Assembly (NCBI GenBank): GCA_001029755.1
Contig: CP011214.1
Coordinates: 429,767 to 493,766, forward strand
Direction: 5' to 3'
Source: Candidatus Woesebacteria bacterium GW2011_GWF1_31_35
Lineage (GTDB): Bacteria > Patescibacteriota > Microgenomatia > UBA8517
DNA length: 64,000 nt
The translations under genes were made by a program, and so were the position numbers. Shown here piece after piece: positions 41,763-51,262 of this stretch (within the stretch, counting starts at the first letter, position 1; each line of letters opens with the position of its first letter). The notes beneath the pieces are model-generated. The model was given only the letters and a program-made list of their open reading frames with translations, had not been told where the DNA came from and ran no database searches.

Positions 41763-43482
41763 TCTGTAAATCCCAAAGTTTTTTATATATTCCCTTTCTT
41801 TTTAATAAATCATTGTGGTTTCCAATTTCAGTTAATTTTCCTTTATCTAAAACAACAATTCTATCTGCCTTTTGAATAGTTGAAAGCCTGTGAGCAATAA
41901 TAATTGTAGTTTTGCCTTTTGCTTCCTTCCAAAAAGCTTCTTGAATTAATTTTTCTGATTCACTATCCAAATGGCTAGTTGCTTCATCAAAAATAATAAT
42001 ATCGGGATTACTAACGATCATTCTGGCAATTGCTAATCTTTGTTTTTGTCCACCAGAAAGTTTGATTCCACGTTCTCCCACATTAGTTTCATATTTTAGA
42101 GGAAGTTTTTCTATAAATTCATCAATATTAGCTAGTTTTGCTGCCATTCTGGCTTTTTTATTTTCCTTTCTATGAGAAGATAAACCATAAGCAATGTTAT
42201 AAGAAATTGTGTTATTAAATAACACCGGTTCTTGAGGAACAACTCCAAAAAAACCTCTAAGGGTAGCTTTGGTAAAGTTTTTGATATTTATATTATCGAT
42301 TAAAATTTTACCTTTAATGGGGTCAAAGAAACGCATTAAAAGTTTAGTAATTGTTGTTTTTCCACTTCCGGATTTACCTACAAACGCAATAGACTCTCCT
42401 GGATTGATAGTTAAACTAAAGTCACAAATTGCATTTTTAGTTCCACCTAAGTATGAGTGAGATACATTTTTAAATTCAATTAATCCTTTTACATTTTTCT
42501 TAAAAGTAGGTTTAACAGGATCTTTTACTTTAATATCAAAATTCAGAAGTCCGAAGTATTTTTCAATATCAGCATAATTTTTGGCTAAATCTCTAAAGCT
42601 CCAGACAAGATCCCAAAGTTTTGGATAAAAGTTTGATAGAAATCCTGTGATTAAAACAAAATCACCAATTGTAAGTTTTAGGTTAACTGATTGATTGATG
42701 GTAAGTAGAAATATAAAGAAAATACTTATATTTATTATTGTTCCCATTGTGGCATCGATTAACCTAAAAGAATTTCCATATCCCCATAATGCTTTAAGCC
42801 AAGGAATAAATGTTTTTTTAAGTCTTTTTTCTTCCCAAACTTCTTTTGAAAAAAGTTTAACCGTTTCAAAATTAATTAAATTGTCAGTAATTATTCCACT
42901 AATGTCATCCTCTTCTTTATTAAATACTTTTCTTTTATTCATATTATTAGCAATTAGTAATTTAGTTACTGCAAGAATAATTATTATTGAAGCAGAAACC
43001 AAAACCACAATAATCCAATTAAGTTGAGCAAAGAAATAAAGCATTACAAGGAAACTAATTAAAACTGAAAGCATTCTATGATGGATATCATGGAAAAAAG
43101 AAAAGAATGCAGAATCACCCCTTTTAAAACTTGAAATTAAGCTTCCTGTTGATTTTTCTGTGTGGAATGCAAAATCCAAATCTTGTACCTTTTTAAAAAT
43201 TTTAACTCTAGCATCAATTGATGATTTAAATAAAATAACATCTCCAACCCAAAATGTAGCTATATCGGAAATGACTGCAAATATTCTGACCGTTATATAA
43301 ATTAGAAGTATTTTAAATAGGTTATTAAAATTCAAAGAGGGGATTTGATCAACAAAAAGTTTATAAAAATAAGGATTAATTGAAAATAAAATATTACTAA
43401 TTAACACCAAAAACATAAAGACTATAAAAATTGTCTTTTTTTCAAAAATAAAACCGTAAAACGTTCTTAATACTTTAAGCAT
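41755..43482 (-). CDS. ABC exporter, fused permease/ATPase (Atm1/MsbA-like)
   Basis: GKSGSGKT, LSGGQKQR, DEATS, AHRLST; N-terminal TMD with NFETVK. Confidence 0.95.
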   Translation of the reverse strand: MLKVLRTFYGFIFEKKTIFIVFMFLVLISNILFSINPYFYKLFVDQIPSLNFNNLFKILLIYITVRIFAVISDIATFWVGDVILFKSSIDARVKIFKKVQDLDFAFHTEKSTGSLISSFKRGDSAFFSFFHDIHHRMLSVLISFLVMLYFFAQLNWIIVVLVSASIIIILAVTKLLIANNMNKRKVFNKEEDDISGIITDNLINFETVKLFSKEVWEEKRLKKTFIPWLKALWGYGNSFRLIDATMGTIINISIFFIFLLTINQSVNLKLTIGDFVLITGFLSNFYPKLWDLVWSFRDLAKNYADIEKYFGLLNFDIKVKDPVKPTFKKNVKGLIEFKNVSHSYLGGTKNAICDFSLTINPGESIAFVGKSGSGKTTITKLLMRFFDPIKGKILIDNINIKNFTKATLRGFFGVVPQEPVLFNNTISYNIAYGLSSHRKENKKARMAAKLANIDEFIEKLPLKYETNVGERGIKLSGGQKQRLAIARMIVSNPDIIIFDEATSHLDSESEKLIQEAFWKEAKGKTTIIIAHRLSTIQKADRIVVLDKGKLTEIGNHNDLLKRKGIYKKLWDLQIS

Positions 43483-43521
43483 AGAAGTTTTGATTATAAC
43501 ATATACTTATTACCCATAGTT

Positions 43522-43791
43522 ATGATACAATTTGACCTAGATAATTATATGACAGAAAAATTACCAGATTATTTACCTTTTAATGAGGAAACGTGGAAGA
43601 AAATAAAAAACAATTGGGATTTTTATCAAGATCAAATAGGGCTCGAAGGAGAAATTTTTATGGATTTACTGAAAGAAGAAAAAAGCCACTCTGAGATTGA
43701 AGAGGTGATTAGACTACATAGAATAGAAAGAAAGATAAATATGCAAGCCTTTAAAGCATTGAAAAAAGATTTAAATGGAAAAAGTATATAA
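43522..43791 (+). CDS. Hypothetical protein
   Basis: 89-aa ORF divergent from the ABC exporter. Confidence 0.6.
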   Translation: MIQFDLDNYMTEKLPDYLPFNEETWKKIKNNWDFYQDQIGLEGEIFMDLLKEEKSHSEIEEVIRLHRIERKINMQAFKALKKDLNGKSI

Positions 43792-43802
43792 TTTAATTAG
43801 TT

Positions 43803-43946
43803 ATGTCAGAAGATAAAAAAGGAGATCATAATACTTGTACAAGTTCACCATTAGCAACTGAACTTGGATATGATCCAGAATATTTACCAGTAGCTGTTTT
43901 AGACAAATTACATAAGAAATTTACAGGTACTAAATATATCCGATGA
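43803..43946 (+). CDS. Small hypothetical protein (47 aa; possibly a frameshifted gene continuing to 44019)
   Basis: MSEDKKGDHNTCTSSPLATELGYDPEYLPVAVLDKLHKKFTGTKYIR*; another frame stays open as DDPLTARLQREIALAKDKRLRNTNT*. Confidence 0.4.
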   Translation: MSEDKKGDHNTCTSSPLATELGYDPEYLPVAVLDKLHKKFTGTKYIR

Positions 43947-44015
43947 TCCATTAACGGCAAGATTACAAAGAGAAATAGCTTTAGCTAAAGATAAAAGATT
44001 AAGAAATACAAATAC

Positions 44016-44044
44016 TTGACAAAAACTTCTTTTTATTCTACAAT
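44016..44044 (+). promoter_or_regulatory. Sigma70-type promoter of the abiE operon
   Basis: TTGACA-17 bp-TACAAT. Confidence 0.7.
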
Positions 44045-44065
44045 TGGTTAATTATATTACTAATT

Positions 44066-44683
44066 ATGGAACAATTACCTTATTTTAATAAAATTACCTT
44101 GGGAGAGGTCTTGGGAAAATCTGGTGAAAATTTAAATTATTGGATTAAAACCAGACTTAAAAACGGAGAAATTATTCAACTTAAAAAAGGTCTTTATGTT
44201 AGTAAATTATATCTTTTTAGCCAAGAAAGGAATATTGGAAATAAAGAACAATACTGTGAATTATTAGCAAATATAATAAGATATCCTTCTTATATATCTT
44301 TAGAATATGCGCTTTCAAAGTATGGTCTGATTCCTGAAGCAATTTTTGCATATACTTCAGTTGGTTTAAAATCTTCCAGAAGGTTTACAAACAAATTGGG
44401 TAATTTTTATTACAGAAATATCAAAAAAGCCTTGTTTTTTGGATTTAAAACAATTGATTTTGAAGGAAAAAGAATTAAATTTGCTACAAAAGCGAAAGCA
44501 CTTTTTGATTTCTTATATTTCAAAAAATTTATCAGTCTTAGTCATCTTAAAGCTGAATTGTTTGTAGATTTAAGAATTAATTGGGATGAATTTGAAAATG
44601 TAGATAAGCAGGAATTTAAAAGCATTGTTTTAAAAAGTGGTTCAAGCAAAATGAAATCAGTTCTAAAAATTTTAAAATGGTAA
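44066..44683 (+). CDS. abiEi: Type IV TA antitoxin, AbiEi family
   Basis: LKKGLY, PSYISLEYALSKYGLIPE, KALFDFLY. Confidence 0.88.
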   Translation: MEQLPYFNKITLGEVLGKSGENLNYWIKTRLKNGEIIQLKKGLYVSKLYLFSQERNIGNKEQYCELLANIIRYPSYISLEYALSKYGLIPEAIFAYTSVGLKSSRRFTNKLGNFYYRNIKKALFFGFKTIDFEGKRIKFATKAKALFDFLYFKKFISLSHLKAELFVDLRINWDEFENVDKQEFKSIVLKSGSSKMKSVLKILKW

Positions 44684-45477
44684 TACAAAATCTAAAATCA
44701 GTTATGAGTAAAAATAAGGATGTTAATAATAGGGCCTACTTAAGAAATCTATTAAAAGAGGAGCTTCAGGTTTATGTATTAAATTTTATATACACTAGTC
44801 AATATAAGGACTTAATTTTTACAGGGGGAACATGCCTTCGTAAGTTTTATAATTTACCCCGTCTTTCTGAAGACTTGGATTTTAATATTAAAGATAAAAC
44901 TTTTGATTTTCTTAAGTTTCAATCAGACTTAAAAAATTATTTTATTAAAGATTTGCAGTATAAAGATGTAAATTTAAAGTTTAAAAACAAAACAATTATG
45001 ATTAAATTCCCTGTTTTACGAGAAATTGGTTTTTCTGGTTTAAGTGATACAGATATTTTATTTTTAAGGTTAGATTTTTCATTTGGCTACAAAAAAGAAT
45101 TTGGAGAAGAAAGAAAGTTATATTCTGAGGGTGACTTTTCATTTTTAGCTAATTGTTATGATTTCAAAACACTAATGATAAATAAAATTGATGCCTTTTT
45201 AAATCGAACTTATAAAAAAGGAAGTAATCAACAGGAATCTTTTAAAGGAAGAGATGCTTTTGACATAGTTTGGATGTTAGAAAGGGTCAAAAAACTAACT
45301 GATAATTCTGATTTTTTAACAAATGAATTAAAAAAGAAAATACTTATTAAAGCTAAAAAAATAAACCCAGATGATTTGTATTTTGATTTAAGCAATTTTT
45401 TTGCGGATTCACATTTTGTAAAGGATTTTTGCGATAATTTTTTGGATTTAGTAAAGACTGGTATTAAGAACATCTAA
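44677..45477 (+). CDS. abiEii: Type IV TA toxin, AbiEii nucleotidyltransferase
   Basis: FTGGTCLR...RLSEDLDF, KGRDAFD. Confidence 0.9.
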   Translation: MVIQNLKSVMSKNKDVNNRAYLRNLLKEELQVYVLNFIYTSQYKDLIFTGGTCLRKFYNLPRLSEDLDFNIKDKTFDFLKFQSDLKNYFIKDLQYKDVNLKFKNKTIMIKFPVLREIGFSGLSDTDILFLRLDFSFGYKKEFGEERKLYSEGDFSFLANCYDFKTLMINKIDAFLNRTYKKGSNQQESFKGRDAFDIVWMLERVKKLTDNSDFLTNELKKKILIKAKKINPDDLYFDLSNFFADSHFVKDFCDNFLDLVKTGIKNI

Positions 45478-45509
45478 TTTGGTATAATACGCATAATCTT
45501 TTAACTTTC

Positions 45510-46388
45510 ATGAAGAATATATTAGTAACTATTGTTTTGGCCTTAATTTTATTTTTAACTCCCTTATCTGTCATGGCTAAAACCTCTATCCCGAGCCCAA
45601 CTTCTACACCTATTTTGGTAACTCCTAGCCCTGAGCCTGTTAGGGTTGATATTACGCAAAAGACAGAAAGTATTGTAGGACCTTTAGAAATGCTTATAGA
45701 AAAACAACAATTGGATAAGGTTTGGCCAACAAACCCTATTAAATATGCAATTAAATCTGCGGTTAATGGTGGAGTTCCAGCCAACACTATTGTACTTCTA
45801 CTTTTACTTCCAATTGTAGCAACATTAATTGCAGGAACCAGACAGATAATTGGAATTCGTGGTTTTGGTATTTTTTTACCAGCTGCATTATCTGTTACAT
45901 TTGTAGCAATTGGACCAGTTGTTGGAATTTTACTTTTTATTGCAATTGTAGCGATTTCTACAATAGTAAGGCTCTTAACTCGTAAATTAAAATTAAAGCT
46001 TCAATACTTACCTAGAATGGCACTTATATTATGGTTTGTATCATTTGGAGTTTTAGGAATTCTTTTTGCTTCTCCAATAATAAAATATGCGCCTCTTGCT
46101 AATGTTTCAATTTTTCCTGTTCTTGTTTTAACTTTATTGGTTGAAGATTTTACCAGAATTCAACTTGGAAAATCTGTTAAAACTGCAGTTGGATTAACTT
46201 CTCAAACTTTAATACTAGCTTTAATTTCCTATCTTTTCTTAACTTTTACTCCTTTCCAAAGGTTTGTATTATTAAACCCTGAAATAAGCCTAGGGGCTAC
46301 ATTTTTAATTGACATAATATTAGGAAAATACATTGGTTTAAGATTTTTAGAGTATAGAAGATTTAAAAAACTTATTAATTCAAAATAG
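45510..46388 (+). CDS. 7TM protein (7TM_transglut-like) of ATP-grasp operons
   Basis: Signal peptide; RQIIGIRGFGIFLP, YLPRMA, SIFPVLVLT, LGKYIGLRFLEYRRF. Confidence 0.85.
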   Translation: MKNILVTIVLALILFLTPLSVMAKTSIPSPTSTPILVTPSPEPVRVDITQKTESIVGPLEMLIEKQQLDKVWPTNPIKYAIKSAVNGGVPANTIVLLLLLPIVATLIAGTRQIIGIRGFGIFLPAALSVTFVAIGPVVGILLFIAIVAISTIVRLLTRKLKLKLQYLPRMALILWFVSFGVLGILFASPIIKYAPLANVSIFPVLVLTLLVEDFTRIQLGKSVKTAVGLTSQTLILALISYLFLTFTPFQRFVLLNPEISLGATFLIDIILGKYIGLRFLEYRRFKKLINSK

Positions 46389-46413
46389 AAAGTTAAGCTA
46401 AAAAATAAAAATC

Positions 46414-47742
46414 ATGAAGATATCCTCAATATTAGGTCTAAATGCAAGAAGCTCACTTTTTACTGGTAAATATAATTCCAGAATGGCTAAAAGAATTGCT
46501 GATTCAAAAATTGCAACTGATAGAGTTTTAAGAATTGCACATGTTGCCCATCCCAAAATTTATGCAAAGTTTAAAACTCCAAGTGATTGTTTAGAATTTA
46601 AGTGGGAGGAGTTATCAGAAAGTTTTGCTTTGAAGCCATCAAGAGGTATGGGTGGAGAAGGAATTATTGTTGTAAAAAAGAGATTGGAAAATAAAGGGTC
46701 AAATGAAATAATTTGGTTAACAACTCAAAAGACAAAAGTAACAGTTGAAGATCTAAAACTTCATACACTAGATATTTTAGAAGGAGCGTATTCTATGGGT
46801 AATGTTCCTGATACTGCTTTTATTCAAGAATATGTTGGAAGGCATTCAAAATTTAGAAAATTAGCATATCGTGGAACACCAGATATTAGAATTATAGTTT
46901 TTAATAAAATTCCTGTTATGGCAATGTTAAGACTTCCCACAAAAGAATCAGGGGGAAGAGCAAATTTACACCAAGGAGCAATAGGAGTTGGTATTGATAT
47001 TGCAACAGGAATTACAACCAAAGCAATCTGGCATGGAAGTGAAATTTTAAATAAACCAGGAAGTAACAGAAAATTAAGAGGAATTAAAATTCCTTTTTGG
47101 AATACTATTTTAACAACAGCAGTAGAAGGACAAATTGCATCGGGTTTAGGCTATGCAGGAGTCGATATCGTACTTCATCCTGAAAAAGGTCCAATGATTA
47201 TTGAATTAAATGCTCAACCAGGGTTACAGATACAACTTGCTAACATGGAGGGCCTGAAAAAACGTTTGGAGAGAGTAGACGAGATGGAAGTAAGGGATGC
47301 AGAACATGGGGTAAAAATTGCAAAAGCTATTTTTGCTGGCACTTTCTCTGATAGGGTAAGAGCTGAAGAAGGTATAAAAACTATTAAAGCAGTTGAAGAA
47401 GTAAAAATTTTGGATGCAGAAGGTAAAAAACATTTGAGTTTAGCCAAAATTGATACCGGTGCATGGAGTTCCGCAATAGATTCTAAATTTGCAAAATCTT
47501 TAGGACTTTTGAAGAAAAATAAAGTTCTTTGGTATAGAAAGAAGTTAAGCTCTCTAGGTAAAGAAGAAAGACCTGTCATCCCGGTAATATTTTATTTATC
47601 TGGTAGAAAAATCTCAACTCATGTTACAGTTTCTGACAGAAATTTGTTAAGATACCAACTACTAATAGGAAGAACCGACATTCAAGGATTTTTAATTGAT
47701 CCTATTGTTGATAAAGAAAATTTAGTAAAAGCAAAATGGTAA
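46414..47742 (+). CDS. Alpha-L-glutamate ligase-like ATP-grasp fused to a RimK-associated aspartyl protease domain
   Basis: ILGLNAR, PDIRII, AMLRLPTKESGGRANLHQGA, ELNAQPGL; C-terminal AKIDTGA...LLIGR. Confidence 0.9.
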   Translation: MKISSILGLNARSSLFTGKYNSRMAKRIADSKIATDRVLRIAHVAHPKIYAKFKTPSDCLEFKWEELSESFALKPSRGMGGEGIIVVKKRLENKGSNEIIWLTTQKTKVTVEDLKLHTLDILEGAYSMGNVPDTAFIQEYVGRHSKFRKLAYRGTPDIRIIVFNKIPVMAMLRLPTKESGGRANLHQGAIGVGIDIATGITTKAIWHGSEILNKPGSNRKLRGIKIPFWNTILTTAVEGQIASGLGYAGVDIVLHPEKGPMIIELNAQPGLQIQLANMEGLKKRLERVDEMEVRDAEHGVKIAKAIFAGTFSDRVRAEEGIKTIKAVEEVKILDAEGKKHLSLAKIDTGAWSSAIDSKFAKSLGLLKKNKVLWYRKKLSSLGKEERPVIPVIFYLSGRKISTHVTVSDRNLLRYQLLIGRTDIQGFLIDPIVDKENLVKAKW

Positions 47743-48560
47743 ACAGTAAAAAAATATTAATTTTAACTAGTGGAAAAGTAGAAAAGCTTAATGCTTTTAA
47801 ATCAAGAGATGTAGTATTGGCATCATTTAATGAAATTAATTTTTCTTCTGAAAATAAAGAATTATTCGTTGGAGTTAATAATTTAAAAGATTTTAAACTT
47901 ATATATTTTAGAATGGTTGGTAAAAGTTTAGAGACTGCATCATTAGTAGTCAATTTTTCTAAAGAAAATAAAATAAAAATTATTGATAGAATGTATGAAT
48001 CATCTAATTTACTTCCAATTTCCTTGGGTAAGACTTTGGAAATGACTAAACTATTAAAATCAAATATTCCAATTCCTAAAACAGTTTTTGGAGATTTTAG
48101 TAAACTAAATTTTCCATATGTAGTTAAAAGTACTACAGGCCAAAGGGGTAGAGAAGTTTGGCTTATAAATAATAATAAAGATTTGGTTAATTTAAAGAAA
48201 ACTTTTAAAGATAATAAATTTTATTTTGCACAAGAATTAATCTTAAATGCTAGACGTATAAGGGTATTGGTGGTTGGAAAAAAGGTTATTGGTGCAATAT
48301 CAAGACCTACTAAATGGAATAAAGCCCCCGAAAAGTTAACTATTAATCCTATTCCTGAAAATATTAAAAAATTAGCACTTGATGCAACTTGTGCGGTTAG
48401 TTTGGATATTTGTGGGGTAGACATATTAATTAATGATACTAAACCTAATAAGATGTGGGTAATTGAAGTAAACGCAGCCCCATCATGGAACCTCATTAAT
48501 AAGTTTTGTGGTATTTCAGTTGAAGATGAAATTATTAAATTTTTACAAAAACAGGTTTAA
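47736..48560 (+). CDS. RimK-like ATP-grasp ligase
   Basis: IPIPKT, FPYVVKS, QE, RVLVVG, GVDIL, IEVNAAP. Confidence 0.85.
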   Translation: MVNSKKILILTSGKVEKLNAFKSRDVVLASFNEINFSSENKELFVGVNNLKDFKLIYFRMVGKSLETASLVVNFSKENKIKIIDRMYESSNLLPISLGKTLEMTKLLKSNIPIPKTVFGDFSKLNFPYVVKSTTGQRGREVWLINNNKDLVNLKKTFKDNKFYFAQELILNARRIRVLVVGKKVIGAISRPTKWNKAPEKLTINPIPENIKKLALDATCAVSLDICGVDILINDTKPNKMWVIEVNAAPSWNLINKFCGISVEDEIIKFLQKQV

Positions 48561-49158
48561 AAAGTATGGTGTTGATCCAAAATCATTAGTTTGGAAGACT
48601 CGTGGTGCAGCTCACCAAAGATTTAGACAATTTTGGTCAGAGATAGATTTTACCAAGAAAAGTATATTAGATGTAGGTTGTGGGTTTGGAGAATTTGGTA
48701 ATTTCCTTGCTAAAAGATATAAAGACGTAAGATATAAAGGTGTCGATATTGTGCCAGAATTTATTGTTAATGGTAAAAAAATGTATCCACATCTAACTCT
48801 TATTACAGCAGATTATTTCAACCAACCTTTACCCGAAACATTCGATGTTATAATTTGTTCTGGTGCACTAAATTCTAATTTCGGAAGTAAAAATAAAAAT
48901 ATGAATTTTAGAAGATCAGCGATAAAAACAATGTTTAAACACACAACAAATGTCTTTGCCTTTAACATGTCGGGAAGTTTTCCACAACAAAAAAATAAAA
49001 ATATTAATATTTGGTATGCAGATAGTTTGGAAATTTTAAAATATTGTTTAAGTTTAACCAATAGAGTAATAATGCGCCACAATTATCATTCCAAAGACTT
49101 CACTGTTTTCATGTATAAACAAAGCTTGCCATTAATTGGAACGGTGAGTGATAAATAA
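48508..49158 (+). CDS. Class I SAM-dependent methyltransferase
   Basis: SILDVGCGFG, CSGALN, HNY; likely start is ATG 48526. Confidence 0.88.
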   Translation: MVFQLKMKLLNFYKNRFKKYGVDPKSLVWKTRGAAHQRFRQFWSEIDFTKKSILDVGCGFGEFGNFLAKRYKDVRYKGVDIVPEFIVNGKKMYPHLTLITADYFNQPLPETFDVIICSGALNSNFGSKNKNMNFRRSAIKTMFKHTTNVFAFNMSGSFPQQKNKNINIWYADSLEILKYCLSLTNRVIMRHNYHSKDFTVFMYKQSLPLIGTVSDK

Positions 49159-49170
49159 AAATTTAAATTT

Positions 49171-50070
49171 ATGAAAAAAATATTAGTATTAGTTGACTCA
49201 ATTAGTCAAAATAAAAAGAAACTAACAAGATTTCTTAATGCGAATTCACTTAATGAATATAGAGCATATCTTCATACTTTTTCTGATTTATTTTTCGAAA
49301 TTAAAACAGGCAAAGTTAAAATCAAAGTAAAAACAACTGATTTATCAAATTTTGATTTAGTTTTTGTAAGACGGGCTGGTAAATATGTTCGGTTTATGGG
49401 AGCAATTACAAAGTATTTAGATAATAAAAAAATAAATTTTGTTGACCCAGCTTTCAGAGAAATTGGGATGTCCATGGATAAAGCCAGTAGTAGTGTTAGA
49501 CTTGCAATTAAAAAAATACCAATACCTGATACATATTTTTGTTTTAAGGCAAGTATTCTAAAAAATCGTGACAGAATAATTAAAGGTCTTGGATTTCCAA
49601 TTATTGCAAAGGCAGTTCTTTCCCAAAGAAATCAAAATATTTTTATTTTAAAAAATACCACTGATTTTAAAAAATTATTAAAAAGGTCAGATAAAGAGTT
49701 TATTTTTCAAAAGTTTATTGATATTGAATTTGAATATAGACTTCTAATTTTAGGGAAAAGCGTTCGTGTTTTGGAACAAAAATCTAAAAGAAATTATAAA
49801 AAAATTAAAGTTGAATATCAGGATATTAATGAACCATCAGTATTTTTAAATTTAGATACTGTTTGTGATACAACAAATAAAATTGCCTTAAAAGCTGCTA
49901 AAACATTAGAGCTTGATGTAGCTGGGGTTGATTTAGCCATAGAAAAGGGGACTGGTAAAAGATATTTAATTGAAGTTAATAAGGGTCCTGGAATTGTACC
50001 CGATACTAAAACTTCACCAGAATTAAAAGCCTTTTCAGACTATTTGATACAAAAAATCCGCTTAAATTAA
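49171..50070 (+). CDS. RimK-like ATP-grasp ligase
   Basis: IPIPDT, FPIIAK, FQKFI, EYR, GVDL, IEVNKGPG. Confidence 0.85.
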   Translation: MKKILVLVDSISQNKKKLTRFLNANSLNEYRAYLHTFSDLFFEIKTGKVKIKVKTTDLSNFDLVFVRRAGKYVRFMGAITKYLDNKKINFVDPAFREIGMSMDKASSSVRLAIKKIPIPDTYFCFKASILKNRDRIIKGLGFPIIAKAVLSQRNQNIFILKNTTDFKKLLKRSDKEFIFQKFIDIEFEYRLLILGKSVRVLEQKSKRNYKKIKVEYQDINEPSVFLNLDTVCDTTNKIALKAAKTLELDVAGVDLAIEKGTGKRYLIEVNKGPGIVPDTKTSPELKAFSDYLIQKIRLN

Positions 50071-50084
50071 AGCGGACTTTTTTG
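50051..50084. terminator. Bidirectional intrinsic terminator
   Basis: A-run, TCCGCTT/AAGCGGA stem, T-run, between the convergent ATP-grasp gene and rplL. Confidence 0.7.
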
Positions 50085-50106
50085 TTTTTAAAATAATATT
50101 AATTAA

Positions 50107-50493
50107 TTATTTTAATTCTACTGTTGCACCAGCTACCTTCAATTTTTCAGAAGCTGCCTTAACATCTTCAGGTTTTGCGTCTTTTAATACTTCAAAAGGT
50201 AAGGTTTCGGTTGCATCTTTTGCTTCCTTTAAACCTAACTGTTGATTAATTTCTCTTAAAGCTTTAATAACTGCAATTTTATTTTCTCCTGATGCTGTCA
50301 TAACTACGGTTTGATTTCCACCAGAAGCTTCTCCTGCTGGAGCATCACCGGCTGCGGCTACTGCTTGCGGAGCTGCGACAACTGGCATAGCGGATACTCC
50401 AAGTTTATCTTGAAGTGCAGTTACCAATTCTGATAAATCCAAAACTGTTAATTTACTAATATCACTAACTAATTCATCTACTTTTTTAGCCAC
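50107..50493 (-). CDS. rplL: 50S ribosomal protein L7/L12
   Basis: LTVLDLSELV, KIAVIKALRE, LGLKEAK, GATVELK; SD AAGGAGGTG. Confidence 0.97.
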   Translation of the reverse strand: MAKKVDELVSDISKLTVLDLSELVTALQDKLGVSAMPVVAAPQAVAAAGDAPAGEASGGNQTVVMTASGENKIAVIKALREINQQLGLKEAKDATETLPFEVLKDAKPEDVKAASEKLKVAGATVELK

Positions 50494-51007
50494 GTGTACT
50501 CACCTCCTTTAATACATATATTAATTTTTGTAAATTTCCTTGTAAGACACCAATTAAACCATATGATGGGGACATTAAAGATCTTAATACTTGGCTTAGT
50601 AATATGTCTTTATTAGGTAAATTAGAAAGTTTGGTCAACGAATCTTTGTCTTGAAATGATCCCTCAACAATACCAACTTTAAATTGGGGGATTGAAAATT
50701 CTTTAGCAAATTTACCTATTATTTGAATTGGAGCAATTGCATCACCTTCTGAGATTACAATTGCTGTTTGACCTGAAAGTACTTCATCAGTTAAAACATC
50801 TTTTGAAATACCAGCATCAATTCCAGCTCTTTTTATTAAAGTATTTTTAACAACAACCATGTTTGAATTAACTTCCTTTAGTCTTCCTTTTAATATTTGT
50901 TGTGAAGACACAGAAAGTCCAACATAATTGACGAGCACCAAAGATTTTGCCTTTTTTAATTTGGAGCTTAAACTTACAACTAAATCTATTTTATCTTGTT
51001 TATTCAT
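50486..51007 (-). CDS. rplJ: 50S ribosomal protein L10
   Basis: YVGLSV, VVVKNTL, LSNLP; position upstream of rplL. Confidence 0.95.
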   Translation of the reverse strand: MNKQDKIDLVVSLSSKLKKAKSLVLVNYVGLSVSSQQILKGRLKEVNSNMVVVKNTLIKRAGIDAGISKDVLTDEVLSGQTAIVISEGDAIAPIQIIGKFAKEFSIPQFKVGIVEGSFQDKDSLTKLSNLPNKDILLSQVLRSLMSPSYGLIGVLQGNLQKLIYVLKEVSTRG

Positions 51008-51009
51008 AT

Positions 51010-51058
51010 TTTCCTCCGCTTGATTTATGCCTTGATGGCTACAAGTTTTCTTAGGACA
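51010..51058 (-). promoter_or_regulatory. Putative L10 leader (rplJL autoregulatory RNA)
   Basis: TCCTAAGA..CTTG..GCC/GGC..CAAG..GGAGGA can fold, includes the SD and resembles the L10-leader layout. Confidence 0.45.
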
Positions 51059-51070
51059 AATAGTATTCTA

Positions 51071-51262
51071 TTATTTATTATCTTTAATTTCAATACCTAG
51101 ATTACTAGCCGATATTCCAGACTTGGTTCCGTGAATGGTGGCAGCCATTACTCCGTCACTTAAAGTTGTATCTAATGAATTTATATTTTTAGCCTCTCTA
51201 ATTAATTTCTCTTTAATTTCATCTGGAATTGTCGGTTCAGTTTTTAACGGTTCTTCTGTCAT
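51071..51262 (-). CDS. Small hypothetical protein between rplA and rplJ
   Basis: 63-aa ORF overlapping the rplA stop (ATGA). Confidence 0.6.
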   Translation of the reverse strand: MTEEPLKTEPTIPDEIKEKLIREAKNINSLDTTLSDGVMAATIHGTKSGISASNLGIEIKDNK

